Shown: positions 12,399 to 22,275, numbered from the stretch's first letter. The stretch is DNA of 64,000 nucleotides from an uncultured Gammaproteobacteria bacterium (GCA_964472415.1 CAYYLC010000003.1:96075-160074); one strand, 5' to 3'. Program-made: numbers and translations. Notes: generated from the sequence alone by a model not told the origin.

Positions 12399-12896
12399 AT
12401 GAAAAAAAATGAACGAGGCTCTACATTAATTGAAGCAGTGGTGGCATTAGGTGCGGTTTTTATGATAGTTGCAGCACTTTCTATAGTGATTGTTAATTCT
12501 ATCAATAATTCCCGCTATGTAAAAGATCAGAACCTTGCAAATAAATATGCGCAACAAGGAATGGAATTTGCGCGGAAACTCGCTTCAGATGATGTAAATT
12601 TGTTTGCTGATTATTCCGGGGTGTATGCATATGATGAGGATTCTTTGTCATTGACTCCAGGCGAGAGCGCTATAGTTAATGTAGGTAATTCTCATATCCG
12701 AAATATAGATTTTAGAAATGATGAAGAACCGTGTATTAATACGAATGATCCAAGTAGTCCAGGATTAGATCTTAAGAAGGTAACTGTTACAGTGTCTTGG
12801 TCCAGCGGGAGGTGCCCCTCTGATGAAAGATTTTGTCATCAGACGATACAGGTCTCCTGCATTCCGTATGAAAAAAATGAGTTATCACAACCATAA
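12399..12896 (+). CDS. minor pilin (prepilin-type N-terminus)
   Basis: MKKNERG|STLIEAVVALGAVFMIVAAL; 165 aa. Confidence 0.65.
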   Translation: MKKNERGSTLIEAVVALGAVFMIVAALSIVIVNSINNSRYVKDQNLANKYAQQGMEFARKLASDDVNLFADYSGVYAYDEDSLSLTPGESAIVNVGNSHIRNIDFRNDEEPCINTNDPSSPGLDLKKVTVTVSWSSGRCPSDERFCHQTIQVSCIPYEKNELSQP

Positions 12897-12897
12897 A

Positions 12898-13446
12898 ATG
12901 AGAGATAGTCGTGGATATACTGTCGTGGAGCTTCTTGCGGTAGTAACGATTCTCGTTCTCATAACTGGCGTTGTTGCAGCGCTTATAACTCAGACTTTAC
13001 GTGGGACTAGTAGAACAAAAATAACGAATCAAGTTGCTCAAGCTGGAAGCTATGTTACGAGTGTAATCTCCGCGAGTGTAATCTCCGCAGAGAATATTGT
13101 CTCCATAAATGGACAGGAGATCGTGGATTGTACTGGAAATCCTTCTGGACAATCTATTGAGATCTTTATGTCTGAAGAGCGAGGGGTTATAGAATATGCG
13201 TGCATGGATGACACGATCGCTTCTGGGAGCGTTTCTTTGATAGATACTAATAGTTTGCGTATAGATACGACAAATCAGAACGCCTGTTACTTCCGATGTT
13301 CACAGCCGCCGGATGACCCCTACTCTCCTCCATTTATCGAGTTCGGATTTACTATAACGCAAAAAAATGAGAATGTACTTTTTGAAAACCGAGAATCGGC
13401 ACCATTTCAGACTTCTGCATTGATGCGAAATTATCACCCAAATTAA
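12898..13446 (+). CDS. minor pilin (prepilin-type N-terminus)
   Basis: ATG at 12898 gives MRDSRG|YTVVELLAVVTILVLITG. The ORF-track start at 12823 overlaps the upstream gene; 12898 is in the same frame and directly follows its stop. Confidence 0.65.
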   Translation: MRDSRGYTVVELLAVVTILVLITGVVAALITQTLRGTSRTKITNQVAQAGSYVTSVISASVISAENIVSINGQEIVDCTGNPSGQSIEIFMSEERGVIEYACMDDTIASGSVSLIDTNSLRIDTTNQNACYFRCSQPPDDPYSPPFIEFGFTITQKNENVLFENRESAPFQTSALMRNYHPN

Positions 13447-13501
13447 CCTCTATTTTCCTTGACTTTGAATCTCTGAGCACGCTATTATAAAAGTAGTAGT
13501 T

Positions 13502-14338
13502 ATGTATCACAAAAGCTCAGAGCGTGGACAAATTCTCCTTATTGTGGTGATTACTATGATTGTAGCGCTCACTGTTGGGCTTTCAATTGCTGCGCGGACA
13601 GTTACTGAATTACGCCTTTCTCGTCAGAATGAAGAATCACAGCGTGCGTTTAATGCGGCAGAGGCTGGGATAGATAGGGTTTTGCAAGAAGGTGGAGAGA
13701 TTGTTCTCAGTCAGGAGCTTGGAAATAATGCAGATTTTCAAGTAAGCGCAGTTGAATATGCTGGGGCGCAGTTGATGCTTAATAATGGTGATATTGTGGA
13801 TCAAGATGTGGGAGCTGATGTATGGCTTTCAAGTTATCCAGACTATACAGATCAAATTGCAAATGCACAGCTTTCGATTTATTGGGGCGGAGAGGATCAG
13901 GTGAATTGTACGGCTACTTCAGAAGTTCGCCCTGCGCTTGAGGTTGTAGTTCTTCAGGGGAATGTATTAAATCCTACCATTGAGAAATATTTATATGACA
14001 CGTGTCCTACGAATTCGCGAACGCTTGGAACACTTATGGGAAGTAGTTATGATGTCTATACGGTTGCAGGGATTCCTGGACAGACATTTCGAAATCGTAC
14101 CAGTGCACCAATCTCTATAACAAATGGAATTATCATGAAAATTATTCCGCTTTATAACTCGACAAAAATTGCAGTGGTTGCGACGGATTCTTCAGGAACG
14201 CCCTTAGCGCTCCCTTCTCAGGGCTCGGTGATTGAATCTACTGGTACATCTGGTGAAACGATTCGAAAAATTACTTACTATCAATCGTATCCCCAGCTGC
14301 CACTTGAGGTATTCCCATATAGTATTATTTCACAATGA
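13502..14338 (+). CDS. PilX-like minor pilin
   Basis: N-terminal hydrophobic helix ERGQILLIVVITMIVALTVGL followed by RAFNAAEAGIDRVL, resembling the PilX N-terminal domain. Confidence 0.55.
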   Translation: MYHKSSERGQILLIVVITMIVALTVGLSIAARTVTELRLSRQNEESQRAFNAAEAGIDRVLQEGGEIVLSQELGNNADFQVSAVEYAGAQLMLNNGDIVDQDVGADVWLSSYPDYTDQIANAQLSIYWGGEDQVNCTATSEVRPALEVVVLQGNVLNPTIEKYLYDTCPTNSRTLGTLMGSSYDVYTVAGIPGQTFRNRTSAPISITNGIIMKIIPLYNSTKIAVVATDSSGTPLALPSQGSVIESTGTSGETIRKITYYQSYPQLPLEVFPYSIISQ

Positions 14339-15366
14339 AAAGTAACTCGTTTGGTTTAGACATAGGAAGCACTACGATAAAAGCGGCGAAATTCCGCAAA
14401 AGCGGAAGTGGAATAGAGATTGAGGCGATCGGTATGGGCTCGTCTCCTGAGAGGGGAATATTGTCTGATTCTCAGGGTGATTTAGACGCACTATCCCGTC
14501 GTATCAAAGAGATTATTACAGAAGCAAAAATTTCCGCATCAGAAGTTTCAGTTTCTCTGCCGGACAATCAAGTTTATACGAAAATCATTGATATGCCACC
14601 GCTTTCCGAGCGAGAACTTTCTGCATCTCTGAAGTATGAAATGGAGCAATATATTCCGCTTCCACTCGAGCAAGTAAGAACAGATTGGCAGATTTTAGGA
14701 ACAAGCACGAAAAATGGTCAGTCTTTGACGAGTGTGTTTCTTGTAGCAGCACCCCTTACTCTTTTAGATAAATACGAAAAAGTAATTGAGCATGCAGGAT
14801 ATTTTGCAGCAGGTATTGAGACAGAGATGATCTCAGTGTATCGAGCGCTCTACCCGCTCTTACATAATCCAGCACCAAGTGTTGTGGTTCATATGGGGGC
14901 TACCACGACGAGCATTTCAGTAATAAAGAATGGGGTGATTCTTATGGTCTTTACTATTGATCAGGGAGGACTTTCTATAACTCGCGCAATTTCCTCAGAT
15001 TTAGGGATTGATATCACTCAAGCAGAGTCATTTAAGAAAGTATATGGGCTCAATAAGGAAACGTTTGAAGGGAAGATTGGGAAGTCCCTTTTCCCGATTC
15101 TGGATTCTATTATGGGAGATGTTCGAAAGGCGATGTTGATGTATCGTGAGAAATCAAATAACGAAGAAATCAATCAAATCGTTTTATCCGGTGGTACTGC
15201 ACAGCTTCCGGGAATTGATGTGTATTTTACGAATCAGTTAAGTATCCAGGTGGTTTTGGGAAATGCGTTCCAAATTTATAATATAGGAAAAGTTCCTGAT
15301 GAGTTACTTCGTGAAGCACCATCCTTTAATACTGTTGTTGGACTTGGGATAAAAGAGCTTGTATGA
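14335..15366 (+). CDS. pilM: type IV pilus assembly protein PilM (actin-like ATPase)
   Basis: 343 aa; FGLDIGSTTIKAA N-terminus and actin/FtsA fold motifs (GGTAQLPG); overlaps both neighbouring genes by 4 bp. Confidence 0.85.
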   Translation: MKSNSFGLDIGSTTIKAAKFRKSGSGIEIEAIGMGSSPERGILSDSQGDLDALSRRIKEIITEAKISASEVSVSLPDNQVYTKIIDMPPLSERELSASLKYEMEQYIPLPLEQVRTDWQILGTSTKNGQSLTSVFLVAAPLTLLDKYEKVIEHAGYFAAGIETEMISVYRALYPLLHNPAPSVVVHMGATTTSISVIKNGVILMVFTIDQGGLSITRAISSDLGIDITQAESFKKVYGLNKETFEGKIGKSLFPILDSIMGDVRKAMLMYREKSNNEEINQIVLSGGTAQLPGIDVYFTNQLSIQVVLGNAFQIYNIGKVPDELLREAPSFNTVVGLGIKELV

Positions 15367-15902
15367 AAAATTCCATAAATCTTGTTTCAAAACGGCAGGC
15401 GCCGAACCGTTTTCATAAGCGATTTTTTATAGCTGGATTGAGTTTTTTTTCTGTAACCTTTCTTCTTTCAGTAGGAGTTATTGGATATCAATTTCTGCTT
15501 TCAGAACAACTTGCCACGCTTAAGTCTGAAGAATCCGTACTGATTTCCCAAGTAAATAGTGATCCGGAGAAGAAAATAAAGTTTTTGACAATTCGTGAGC
15601 GACTAACTGAGATACAAAAAGTTATAGCGCGTCGCCAAGATGTCAATTCGCGGATCAATGCGATATCAGAAGTGGTTCCTGGAGATATTGGAATTAATGT
15701 TATAGAGGGTGATGAAGAGGAGATGCGGGTGCGAGTAGCTGCTGATAATCTGTCTTCTTTGAATAACTTGATTGAGGAACGGATTGAAGAGTTTGCGTTG
15801 GAGCAAGGAAAAACAGTTAAAAGGATTGAGATGACAAGTTTTGGCCTTAACTCTAACTCACTCCTGTACGAGGCGACATTTGTGATAGAGTTTAATTCAT
15901 AA
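15363..15902 (+). CDS. pilN: PilN-like bitopic inner-membrane protein
   Basis: 179 aa; single N-terminal TM segment then a coiled-coil/periplasmic domain; position between pilM and pilO. Confidence 0.6.
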   Translation: MKNSINLVSKRQAPNRFHKRFFIAGLSFFSVTFLLSVGVIGYQFLLSEQLATLKSEESVLISQVNSDPEKKIKFLTIRERLTEIQKVIARRQDVNSRINAISEVVPGDIGINVIEGDEEEMRVRVAADNLSSLNNLIEERIEEFALEQGKTVKRIEMTSFGLNSNSLLYEATFVIEFNS

Positions 15903-16555
15903 TGGATAGACAAATACGAAAATATTATCGACGACATAAAAAAGATTTGGCTTCATTGGCACTTGTTTTTGCTGGAATTATCATGTTTTTCTGGATTATT
16001 TTGCCACAAATTGGAGAGGTTTCTGATACAAGATCAAATATTAGTACGCAAGAACAAACAAATGCTGACCTGTATGAATCTAGTCAAACGCTTACTGCGC
16101 TTAACCCCCAACAATTAGATGTTGATTTCGAGCTTGTAATGGGAATTCTTCCAGCACAGAAAAGTGTCGGGAGGATATTTGAAGCATTAACACTCGCCTC
16201 AGGAAGATCTAATGTAGAGATTGGAAGCCTTAACGTGCAAGTTGGAAACGTCTATTCTACTGATCAATCAGTAGTTCAACGTGGAGCAGTTGATGGTGTA
16301 CCACTCCTTAATATGTTGGTACGGGTTACCGGTTCAGGCACGCAAGATTTAACGGAGTTTGCTAACATGCTTTATGAGACAGGGCCAATTGTTGGAATAA
16401 ATTCAGTGGGAATCTCAGGAAGCGAAGGTAGGTATGATTTAGATTTTTATTTTAAACCGATAAATGAAAAAGCATTTGAAGCACAGACAATTGTTACTCC
16501 TTTGACTTCTCAGCAGCGCGAGCTTCTGACAACACTTGATTCGTGGATTCGCTAA
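15902..16555 (+). CDS. pilO: PilO-like bitopic membrane protein
   Basis: 217 aa; N-terminal TM LASLALVFAGIIMFFWIIL then a periplasmic domain; last gene of the pilMNO block. Confidence 0.55.
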   Translation: MDRQIRKYYRRHKKDLASLALVFAGIIMFFWIILPQIGEVSDTRSNISTQEQTNADLYESSQTLTALNPQQLDVDFELVMGILPAQKSVGRIFEALTLASGRSNVEIGSLNVQVGNVYSTDQSVVQRGAVDGVPLLNMLVRVTGSGTQDLTEFANMLYETGPIVGINSVGISGSEGRYDLDFYFKPINEKAFEAQTIVTPLTSQQRELLTTLDSWIR

Positions 16556-17228
16556 TATCAGGGCGTATAATTTTAGTGAGTTGAAGCGCTTGTTTTTCAC
16601 GAAATTCTTTTACATTTGCATCGTGCCCACTGAGAAGTACTTCAGGAACCCGCTTTTCATCATATACTTCAGGACGTGTATATTGGGCGTGTTCTAGAAT
16701 TCTTCCATGAGAGGATTGAGAGAACGATTCATATTCTGTTGCATGTTCTTTTTTTAGAACATGAGGAATAAGTCTTGTTACGGAATCAACTACGCTCATT
16801 GCAGGGATTTCTCCCCCTGTTAGGATGTAATCTCCTATAGAAATTGAAAAATCTACGTAGTTTTTTATTCGCTCATCAAAGCCTTCATATCGTCCACAGA
16901 CTAAAATTAAATGGTCGAGTTTTGAAAAACTTTCTGCGATAGATTGGGAGTATGGCTCTCCTTTCGCATCAAATATTGCAACTTTCTCATTTCCTTTATG
17001 AAGCTTCGTAGACTTTATTGCGTTATGAAGAACATCTACCCTTAGTACCATCCCTACTCCTCCGCCGTATGGCTTGTCATCCACTATTTGGTGTGGGCCT
17101 ATTCCAAATTTCCTGAGATTAATAAATTCTATCTGAATCCTGTTTTCTTTTAGTGCACGGGAGAGAATTGAATGATTAAATACACCGTCGAACATTTCGG
17201 GAAACAACGTGATAATGGAGAAGCGCAT
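16494..17228 (-). CDS. trmD: tRNA (guanine37-N1)-methyltransferase
   Basis: 244 aa; ITLFPEMF, GGGVGMVL, ILVCGRYEGFDER, ILTGGE motifs. Confidence 0.9.
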   Translation of the reverse strand: MRFSIITLFPEMFDGVFNHSILSRALKENRIQIEFINLRKFGIGPHQIVDDKPYGGGVGMVLRVDVLHNAIKSTKLHKGNEKVAIFDAKGEPYSQSIAESFSKLDHLILVCGRYEGFDERIKNYVDFSISIGDYILTGGEIPAMSVVDSVTRLIPHVLKKEHATEYESFSQSSHGRILEHAQYTRPEVYDEKRVPEVLLSGHDANVKEFREKQALQLTKIIRPDISESTNQVLSEARAAEKSKE

Positions 17229-17236
17229 GGAGAAGT

Positions 17237-17467
17237 TTATTTCTCTTTAATTTCTAAATCGACGAATACATTTTCTTTCATTGCTTTTACTTTAAGAAGC
17301 TGCTTCATGGCATTGATTACTTTTCCTTCTTTTCCGATAATTCTCCCGATTTCACTTTGGGGTGCAAAAATCGTAAATACTGTAGCGTCGTTTTCTTCAC
17401 GCGATTCAACAGTTATTTCACTTTCTGGAAATAAGGAATCAAGAATGTGTTTAAGCAGTTGTTCCAT
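17237..17467 (-). CDS. KH-domain RNA-binding protein (UPF0109 / YlqC-like)
   Basis: 76 aa; GRIIGKEGKVINAMKQLL KH motif; canonical position between rpsP and trmD. Confidence 0.8.
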   Translation of the reverse strand: MEQLLKHILDSLFPESEITVESREENDATVFTIFAPQSEIGRIIGKEGKVINAMKQLLKVKAMKENVFVDLEIKEK

Positions 17468-17714
17468 TTTGTTTTGCGTATTTATTATTATAGAGCTTAT
17501 TGTCTACGCTTGGAGTAACTTTTGCACCTTTTGAAATCCAGTAATCGACTTTTTTCTGGTCTACCTCTTTTATCACATTGTTTACGGTTTTTTCGTAGTA
17601 TCCGAGGATGTCAACAGGCTTACCGTCCCGTCTGCTTCTTTTCTCACGAACAACCAAGCGATATTTTCGCTCACCCTTTCGACCAACTTGTGCAAATCTA
17701 ATTACTAATGACAT
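17451..17714 (-). CDS. rpsP: 30S ribosomal protein S16
   Basis: MSLVIRFAQVGRKGERKYRLVV...DILGYY matches S16. Confidence 0.9.
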   Translation of the reverse strand: MSLVIRFAQVGRKGERKYRLVVREKRSRRDGKPVDILGYYEKTVNNVIKEVDQKKVDYWISKGAKVTPSVDNKLYNNKYAKQNGTTA

Positions 17715-17769
17715 AAGGCTGATAGTTTATCATGTTTAAGATTGTTTTTCAATTCAAACATCTGCGAAA

Positions 17770-18429
17770 CTACTTCAAAATTTGAAGTGCATTCTGTGCT
17801 GACTTCTTTTCTGCTTCTTGCTTCGATTTCCCCATTCCCTGCGAAAGAAGTTTATCTTCAAGATATACGCCTACGGTATATGTTTTATCATGATCTGGTC
17901 CTTCTTCCTTGAGTACTTCATATTGGGGGGAGACTTTGTACTTTTCTTGGAGAATTTCTTGGAGGTGACTCTTTGGATCCTTGAGCCCTTTTACTTGAAT
18001 AATTTCATCGATTGCCATGAGAATCGTTTCAGTGACAAATTTTTCTGCCACTTCAATTCCTTGATCAAGATACAGTGCGCCGAGAACCGCTTCATAGGTG
18101 TTGGCAAGAATGGTTTTACTTTCTCGACCGCCACTTTCTTCCTCTCCGTGGGATAGTTTGAGTTGTTCTCCAAGGCCCAGTCGCTTTGATACCTCGTAAA
18201 GTGTTTCAGTGTTTGTAAGCACTGAGCGAAGGCTCGTAAGTTCTCCTTCTTTGCGATCTGCATATTTGTTGTAGATGTATGAGGAGACGATATATGACAG
18301 GACGCTATCACCTAAAAATTCTAGCCGTTCGTTTGATTCTGTTGTTTTATTTGATTCGTTTAGGTATGACCTGTGGGTAAATGCAAGTTCAAATAAGTCG
18401 TTATTTCTAAATTTTGGTACGTTAATCAT
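17770..18429 (-). CDS. rnc: ribonuclease III
   Basis: ERLEFLGDSVL RNase III signature and C-terminal dsRBD (GMGKSKQEAEKKSAQNAL). Confidence 0.9.
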   Translation of the reverse strand: MINVPKFRNNDLFELAFTHRSYLNESNKTTESNERLEFLGDSVLSYIVSSYIYNKYADRKEGELTSLRSVLTNTETLYEVSKRLGLGEQLKLSHGEEESGGRESKTILANTYEAVLGALYLDQGIEVAEKFVTETILMAIDEIIQVKGLKDPKSHLQEILQEKYKVSPQYEVLKEEGPDHDKTYTVGVYLEDKLLSQGMGKSKQEAEKKSAQNALQILK

Positions 18430-18778
18430 CTTTTTTTATAAGCTTTCCGAGTGCTCCGTTTACAAATCCAGGGGAAGACTCTCCGCCATATTCTTTTGCC
18501 AACTCTATTGCCTCATCTATTATAACTTTTGGTGGCTCCTTTTTTTCAAACTCTATTTCATAGACTCCTAAGCGAAGCACTGCTAGGTCGATTTTATTGA
18601 TTTTATCAACAGGAAATTCGGGTGCAATTTTTTGGATTCTTGTATCAATTTCAGAAAGTTTTTCTAGGATCGCTTTTACCTTGGGACTATTTGCCTTTTG
18701 TGATAAAAAACTTTGAGAGAAAAGATTTTCGACTGCTTCTTGACGTACTTTATGTCGTGGATCGCTTGCTGTCTTCAT
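18422..18778 (-). CDS. nusB: transcription antitermination factor NusB
   Basis: 118 aa; RHKVRQEAVENLF...DLAVLRLGVYEI...IDEAIELAKEYGGESSPGFVNGALGKL matches the NusB family. Confidence 0.8.
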   Translation of the reverse strand: MKTASDPRHKVRQEAVENLFSQSFLSQKANSPKVKAILEKLSEIDTRIQKIAPEFPVDKINKIDLAVLRLGVYEIEFEKKEPPKVIIDEAIELAKEYGGESSPGFVNGALGKLIKKDD

Positions 18779-18783
18779 GCACT

Positions 18784-18908
18784 TAGACTAGTTTTCGCTT
18801 TTTTGCATTTGATAGCTTATGGGCAAGATCAACTAAGCTCAATTTAATGCTTGAGCGTCGTTTCCCGCGCCGTGCGGATGAATGGCGTCGTTTTGGTTCT
18901 TGTGGCAT
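18784..18908 (-). CDS. rpmF: 50S ribosomal protein L32-like gene, out of frame with its own ATG and Shine-Dalgarno (apparent 1-nt frameshift)
   Basis: Frame +2 of the minus strand reads ...ATEPKRRHSSARRGKRRSSIKLSLVDLAHKLSNAKKRKLV*, matching the L32 N-terminal signature PKRRTSKARRxxRRSH. The only ATG (18908-18906, preceded by AGGAGG at 8-nt spacing) is in frame 0 and terminates after 22 aa. Inserting one G after the ATG would give MATEPKRR.... Confidence 0.45.
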
Positions 18909-18922
18909 AACATCTACCTCCT

Positions 18923-20935
18923 CTAATCAGGTGATACTTTTTGTATTATAGTAGATTCTACCTCTTCACGCAATAGTTTGTACTCATCAAGTTCCTTTAT
19001 GAGTTTTTCTGCATCCTGTTTTACGAGATTTATCAGATCTTTATCAAATATTGACGCGAATTTGAACTCTACTCTTCCGTGTTGTGCAGTCCCATAGATA
19101 TTTCCCGGACCTCTGAGTTGCAAGTCTATTTCGGAAAGTTCAGGACCAGAAAAAATCTTTTCAAGCGATTTGAGTCTCATCTGTGCGGGAGGATTCATGT
19201 TATCTGAAAAAAGCAGACAGAACGATTCTCTTTCTCCTCGCCCTACACGCCCACGCATTTGGTGAAGCTGCGAGAGTCCGAATCTGTCTGCACCCTCTAT
19301 TACCATGATTGTCGCATTTGGAATATCAATTCCTACTTCTACCACGGGAGTAGTGACGAGAATATCAAATTTTTTATCCTTAAATTCTTCTAGTACGGTG
19401 TTTTTTTCGCTAGTCTTCATTTTTCCGTGAAGAAGTCCAAGCCTATATCTTTTGAATGGGCCGTTTTTCAGTCTATTAAATTCTTCGGTGGCGGCTTTTA
19501 TCGTGGTCATATTTTCAGACACATCGATAAATGGACAGACGATAAACACCTGATCTCCAGTTGTAATTTTCTCTTTTATCCATTCATAGCTACTTTTTCG
19601 TTTCTCATCAGGGACGAGCCATGTTTTGATAGTTTTACGGCCTTTGGGCATTTCATCCAGGAGTGATACATCCAAATCTCCATACGCTGTCAAAAGAATT
19701 GTTCGTGGAATAGGGGTCGCGGTCATAGAGAGCACGTGGGGAGACTTCCCTTTCTCGCGTAAAATAGCACGCTGCTCGACTCCAAATCTTTGCTGCTCAT
19801 CAATAATTACTAATCCCAAATTTTTAAAATCTACTTTTTTATGGATGAGTGCGTGAGTTCCTATGGCGATATCAAATTCATTGTGTTTTTTTGTGCTGGA
19901 TGTAAAAAGTTCTACGCGAATTCCCAGTGGCGAAAGAAGTTTTCCAATTGTTTTGTAATGTTGTTCAGCAAGAATTCCTGTAGGTGCCATGAACGCGGTT
20001 TGAAATCCATTGAGGTATGTGAGATATGCAGAGATCGCTGCAACGATGGTTTTCCCTGAGCCTACATCTCCTTCGAGCAATCTATTCATGGGCTTATTTT
20101 TTTGCAGATCGAGAAAGATGTTATTTATTGCTGATCTCTGTGCATTTGTCAGATCAAACGGAAGAGATTTTATAAGTTCATCAATTTTTGATTGATGTTT
20201 TTTAACCGTGAATTTATTTGCGGTGAGCGTCTTGTTCCAGTTCTCTTTTATTTTGAGACTGGAGAGGTGCTTGATGAGAATTTCTTCATAGGAAAGTCTT
20301 AATTTTGCTTTCTGAACGTCCTCTATTTTTTTTGGAAAGTGAATTGTTCGGACTGCATGTTCCATGGATAGTAGGTTGTGTTTTTTTAAAAATTCTTCAG
20401 GAATTACGTCTGTAAATTCTATGCTCGTGCCGAGCTGTTCAAAGACCCTATTTCGAATCCATTTAGAGGAAAGGCCTCGCGTTTCGCTATAAACAGGAAC
20501 AATATTCGTGATATGGATAGGATTTTTATTTTCCTTCACGAGTTCGTATTCTTTTACTGAGATTGATTTTTTGTGTCCGAATTGTTTTACTTTTCCCGCA
20601 ATACGGAGAGTAGTTCCTTCGTTGATTACACGGGTGAGATATGTTTGGTTAAACCAAACGCACTCTATTTCTCCTGTTTCATCCCAGATGACTGCTTTTT
20701 GGATGGTGAATTTATTGCGAGTATACTGATTTTCCATTTTTGCGACTTTTCCTTGGATAACAGCATCTTGTTCATGATGGACTTCGCGGATGGGTTTGGG
20801 ATCGGGGTATCTTTCGTATCGCGTTGGTGGATAGTAAAACAAATCCTTAAGAGTTTGTATTCCGAGTTTTTCGAGCGGTTTTTTCTTTGCTTTATAGACA
20901 AAGCCTAAGAGTCCTACCGAAGTTGAAAGTTGCAT
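18923..20935 (-). CDS. recG: ATP-dependent DNA helicase RecG
   Basis: 670 aa; wedge/OB N-terminal domain, helicase motif I GDVGSGKT, DEQQRFGV (DExH), C-terminal helicase motifs. Confidence 0.9.
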   Translation of the reverse strand: MQLSTSVGLLGFVYKAKKKPLEKLGIQTLKDLFYYPPTRYERYPDPKPIREVHHEQDAVIQGKVAKMENQYTRNKFTIQKAVIWDETGEIECVWFNQTYLTRVINEGTTLRIAGKVKQFGHKKSISVKEYELVKENKNPIHITNIVPVYSETRGLSSKWIRNRVFEQLGTSIEFTDVIPEEFLKKHNLLSMEHAVRTIHFPKKIEDVQKAKLRLSYEEILIKHLSSLKIKENWNKTLTANKFTVKKHQSKIDELIKSLPFDLTNAQRSAINNIFLDLQKNKPMNRLLEGDVGSGKTIVAAISAYLTYLNGFQTAFMAPTGILAEQHYKTIGKLLSPLGIRVELFTSSTKKHNEFDIAIGTHALIHKKVDFKNLGLVIIDEQQRFGVEQRAILREKGKSPHVLSMTATPIPRTILLTAYGDLDVSLLDEMPKGRKTIKTWLVPDEKRKSSYEWIKEKITTGDQVFIVCPFIDVSENMTTIKAATEEFNRLKNGPFKRYRLGLLHGKMKTSEKNTVLEEFKDKKFDILVTTPVVEVGIDIPNATIMVIEGADRFGLSQLHQMRGRVGRGERESFCLLFSDNMNPPAQMRLKSLEKIFSGPELSEIDLQLRGPGNIYGTAQHGRVEFKFASIFDKDLINLVKQDAEKLIKELDEYKLLREEVESTIIQKVSPD

Positions 20936-20938
20936 TGA

Positions 20939-21052
20939 TTAGTACAGTCCTGCGCCGGGAAGGAATGGTAATATGAGTGATGCTATCATTGCAAGAATGA
21001 GAATTATTGCAAAGATTTTCCAAAACCACTTATTTTTCCTGATAAAATTCAT
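20939..21052 (-). CDS. small hydrophobic protein (37 aa), not in the ORF track
   Basis: Reverse-complement ORF MNFIRKNKWFWKIFAIILILAMIASLILPFLPGAGLY* fills the recG-tyrS gap exactly; single predicted TM helix. Confidence 0.3.
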   Translation of the reverse strand: MNFIRKNKWFWKIFAIILILAMIASLILPFLPGAGLY

Positions 21053-21054
21053 AG

Positions 21055-22215
21055 TTATTTTATAATTACTTCTCGATAATTTCGCTTTCCGATTTTTAGG
21101 ATACCATTTCTAGAAATATTTGTCGAAAGCTCAGCTTTATCATCGTTAAATGTTACTCCACCCTGCTCTATCAGTCTTTTTCCTTCAGATTTACTTTCTG
21201 TTAGATTATTTCTTATCAAGAAATCAAGTATTGAGATTCCAGACTGAGTTTCAATTCTTTCTATATTTTCTGGTATTTCTTTGTTCTGAACTGTTTTTTC
21301 GAAATGCTCGTGTGCTTCTTTTGCCGCTCTTTCGTCATATAGTTCTGAAACTATTGTGTATGCTAATTTTTTCTTTAATTCCATGGGGCTTGCCTGAAGT
21401 TCAGATTCGTACGATTTAATTTCTTCCGTTGAGATATCTGTTGCGAGAGTAAAATATTGGATAATTACATCATCGGTTATAGACATAAGCTTCCCGAACA
21501 TATCAGATGCAGTATCTGTCAGCCAGATTGCATTCCCCCAGGTTTTGCTCATTTTGCGCCCGTCAGTACCCGAGAGAAATTCCATAGTTATGATAAAGCT
21601 TTCCTTTTTATCTTTCAAGAGAGATCTTCCTGCTTGCATGTTAAATGTTTGGTCAGTGCCACCGATTTGCAAATCGGTATCCAAAGTATAGCTATCATAG
21701 CCTTGCATAATAGGATATATAGTTTCAAGGAGTCCTACGCTTTTTCCATCAGTTAAACGTTTTTTTATAAGTTCTCTAGAAATAAAATCATTCAGGGAAA
21801 ACTTTCCTACAAGCTTTATTACATCTTCGAATGAAAGTTTTGATAGCCATTCGCTGTTAAATTTAATCGTGATTTTTTCAAAATCTATAATCTTGCTTGC
21901 TTGTTCTCTATATGTTTTGAGGTTTTCTTGAATTTGGGTATTTGTAAGCTGGGGGCGCTCGGATTCTTTGTCAGACGTGTCTCCGATTCGAGCAGTAAAA
22001 TCACCCACAAGGAAGGTAACATTGTGACCAAGCTGAGCAAATTTTTGTAGTTTGCGAAGTAAAACCGCATGCCCAAGGTGAATATTGGTGGCAGTAGGAT
22101 CTATGCCCAAATAAATATTGAGCTTTTCTCCTGAGTTTAATTTCTTCTCAAGTATTTCTCGGTTTGGTATAATATTTGCCACACCTCTTGTGAGCAAGTC
22201 TTGCATTTCGTGCAT
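21055..22215 (-). CDS. tyrS: tyrosyl-tRNA synthetase
   Basis: Class I HIGH (HLGH) and KMSKT motifs, C-terminal S4-like domain. Start trimmed to MHEMQDLLTRG (22215; alternative 22206) because the ORF-track start at 22314 overlaps the divergent PBP gene. Confidence 0.85.
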   Translation of the reverse strand: MHEMQDLLTRGVANIIPNREILEKKLNSGEKLNIYLGIDPTATNIHLGHAVLLRKLQKFAQLGHNVTFLVGDFTARIGDTSDKESERPQLTNTQIQENLKTYREQASKIIDFEKITIKFNSEWLSKLSFEDVIKLVGKFSLNDFISRELIKKRLTDGKSVGLLETIYPIMQGYDSYTLDTDLQIGGTDQTFNMQAGRSLLKDKKESFIITMEFLSGTDGRKMSKTWGNAIWLTDTASDMFGKLMSITDDVIIQYFTLATDISTEEIKSYESELQASPMELKKKLAYTIVSELYDERAAKEAHEHFEKTVQNKEIPENIERIETQSGISILDFLIRNNLTESKSEGKRLIEQGGVTFNDDKAELSTNISRNGILKIGKRNYREVIIK

Positions 22216-22275
22216 GTGCTTAATTATACTTATTTGCAACCATTTTTTGCAACGATTCCATTTTCTTAATACGTT

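Noticed and set aside
15488-15937. 149-aa minus-strand ORF inside pilN
   Set aside because: Antisense to pilN within an operon of overlapping plus-strand genes, with no motif support.
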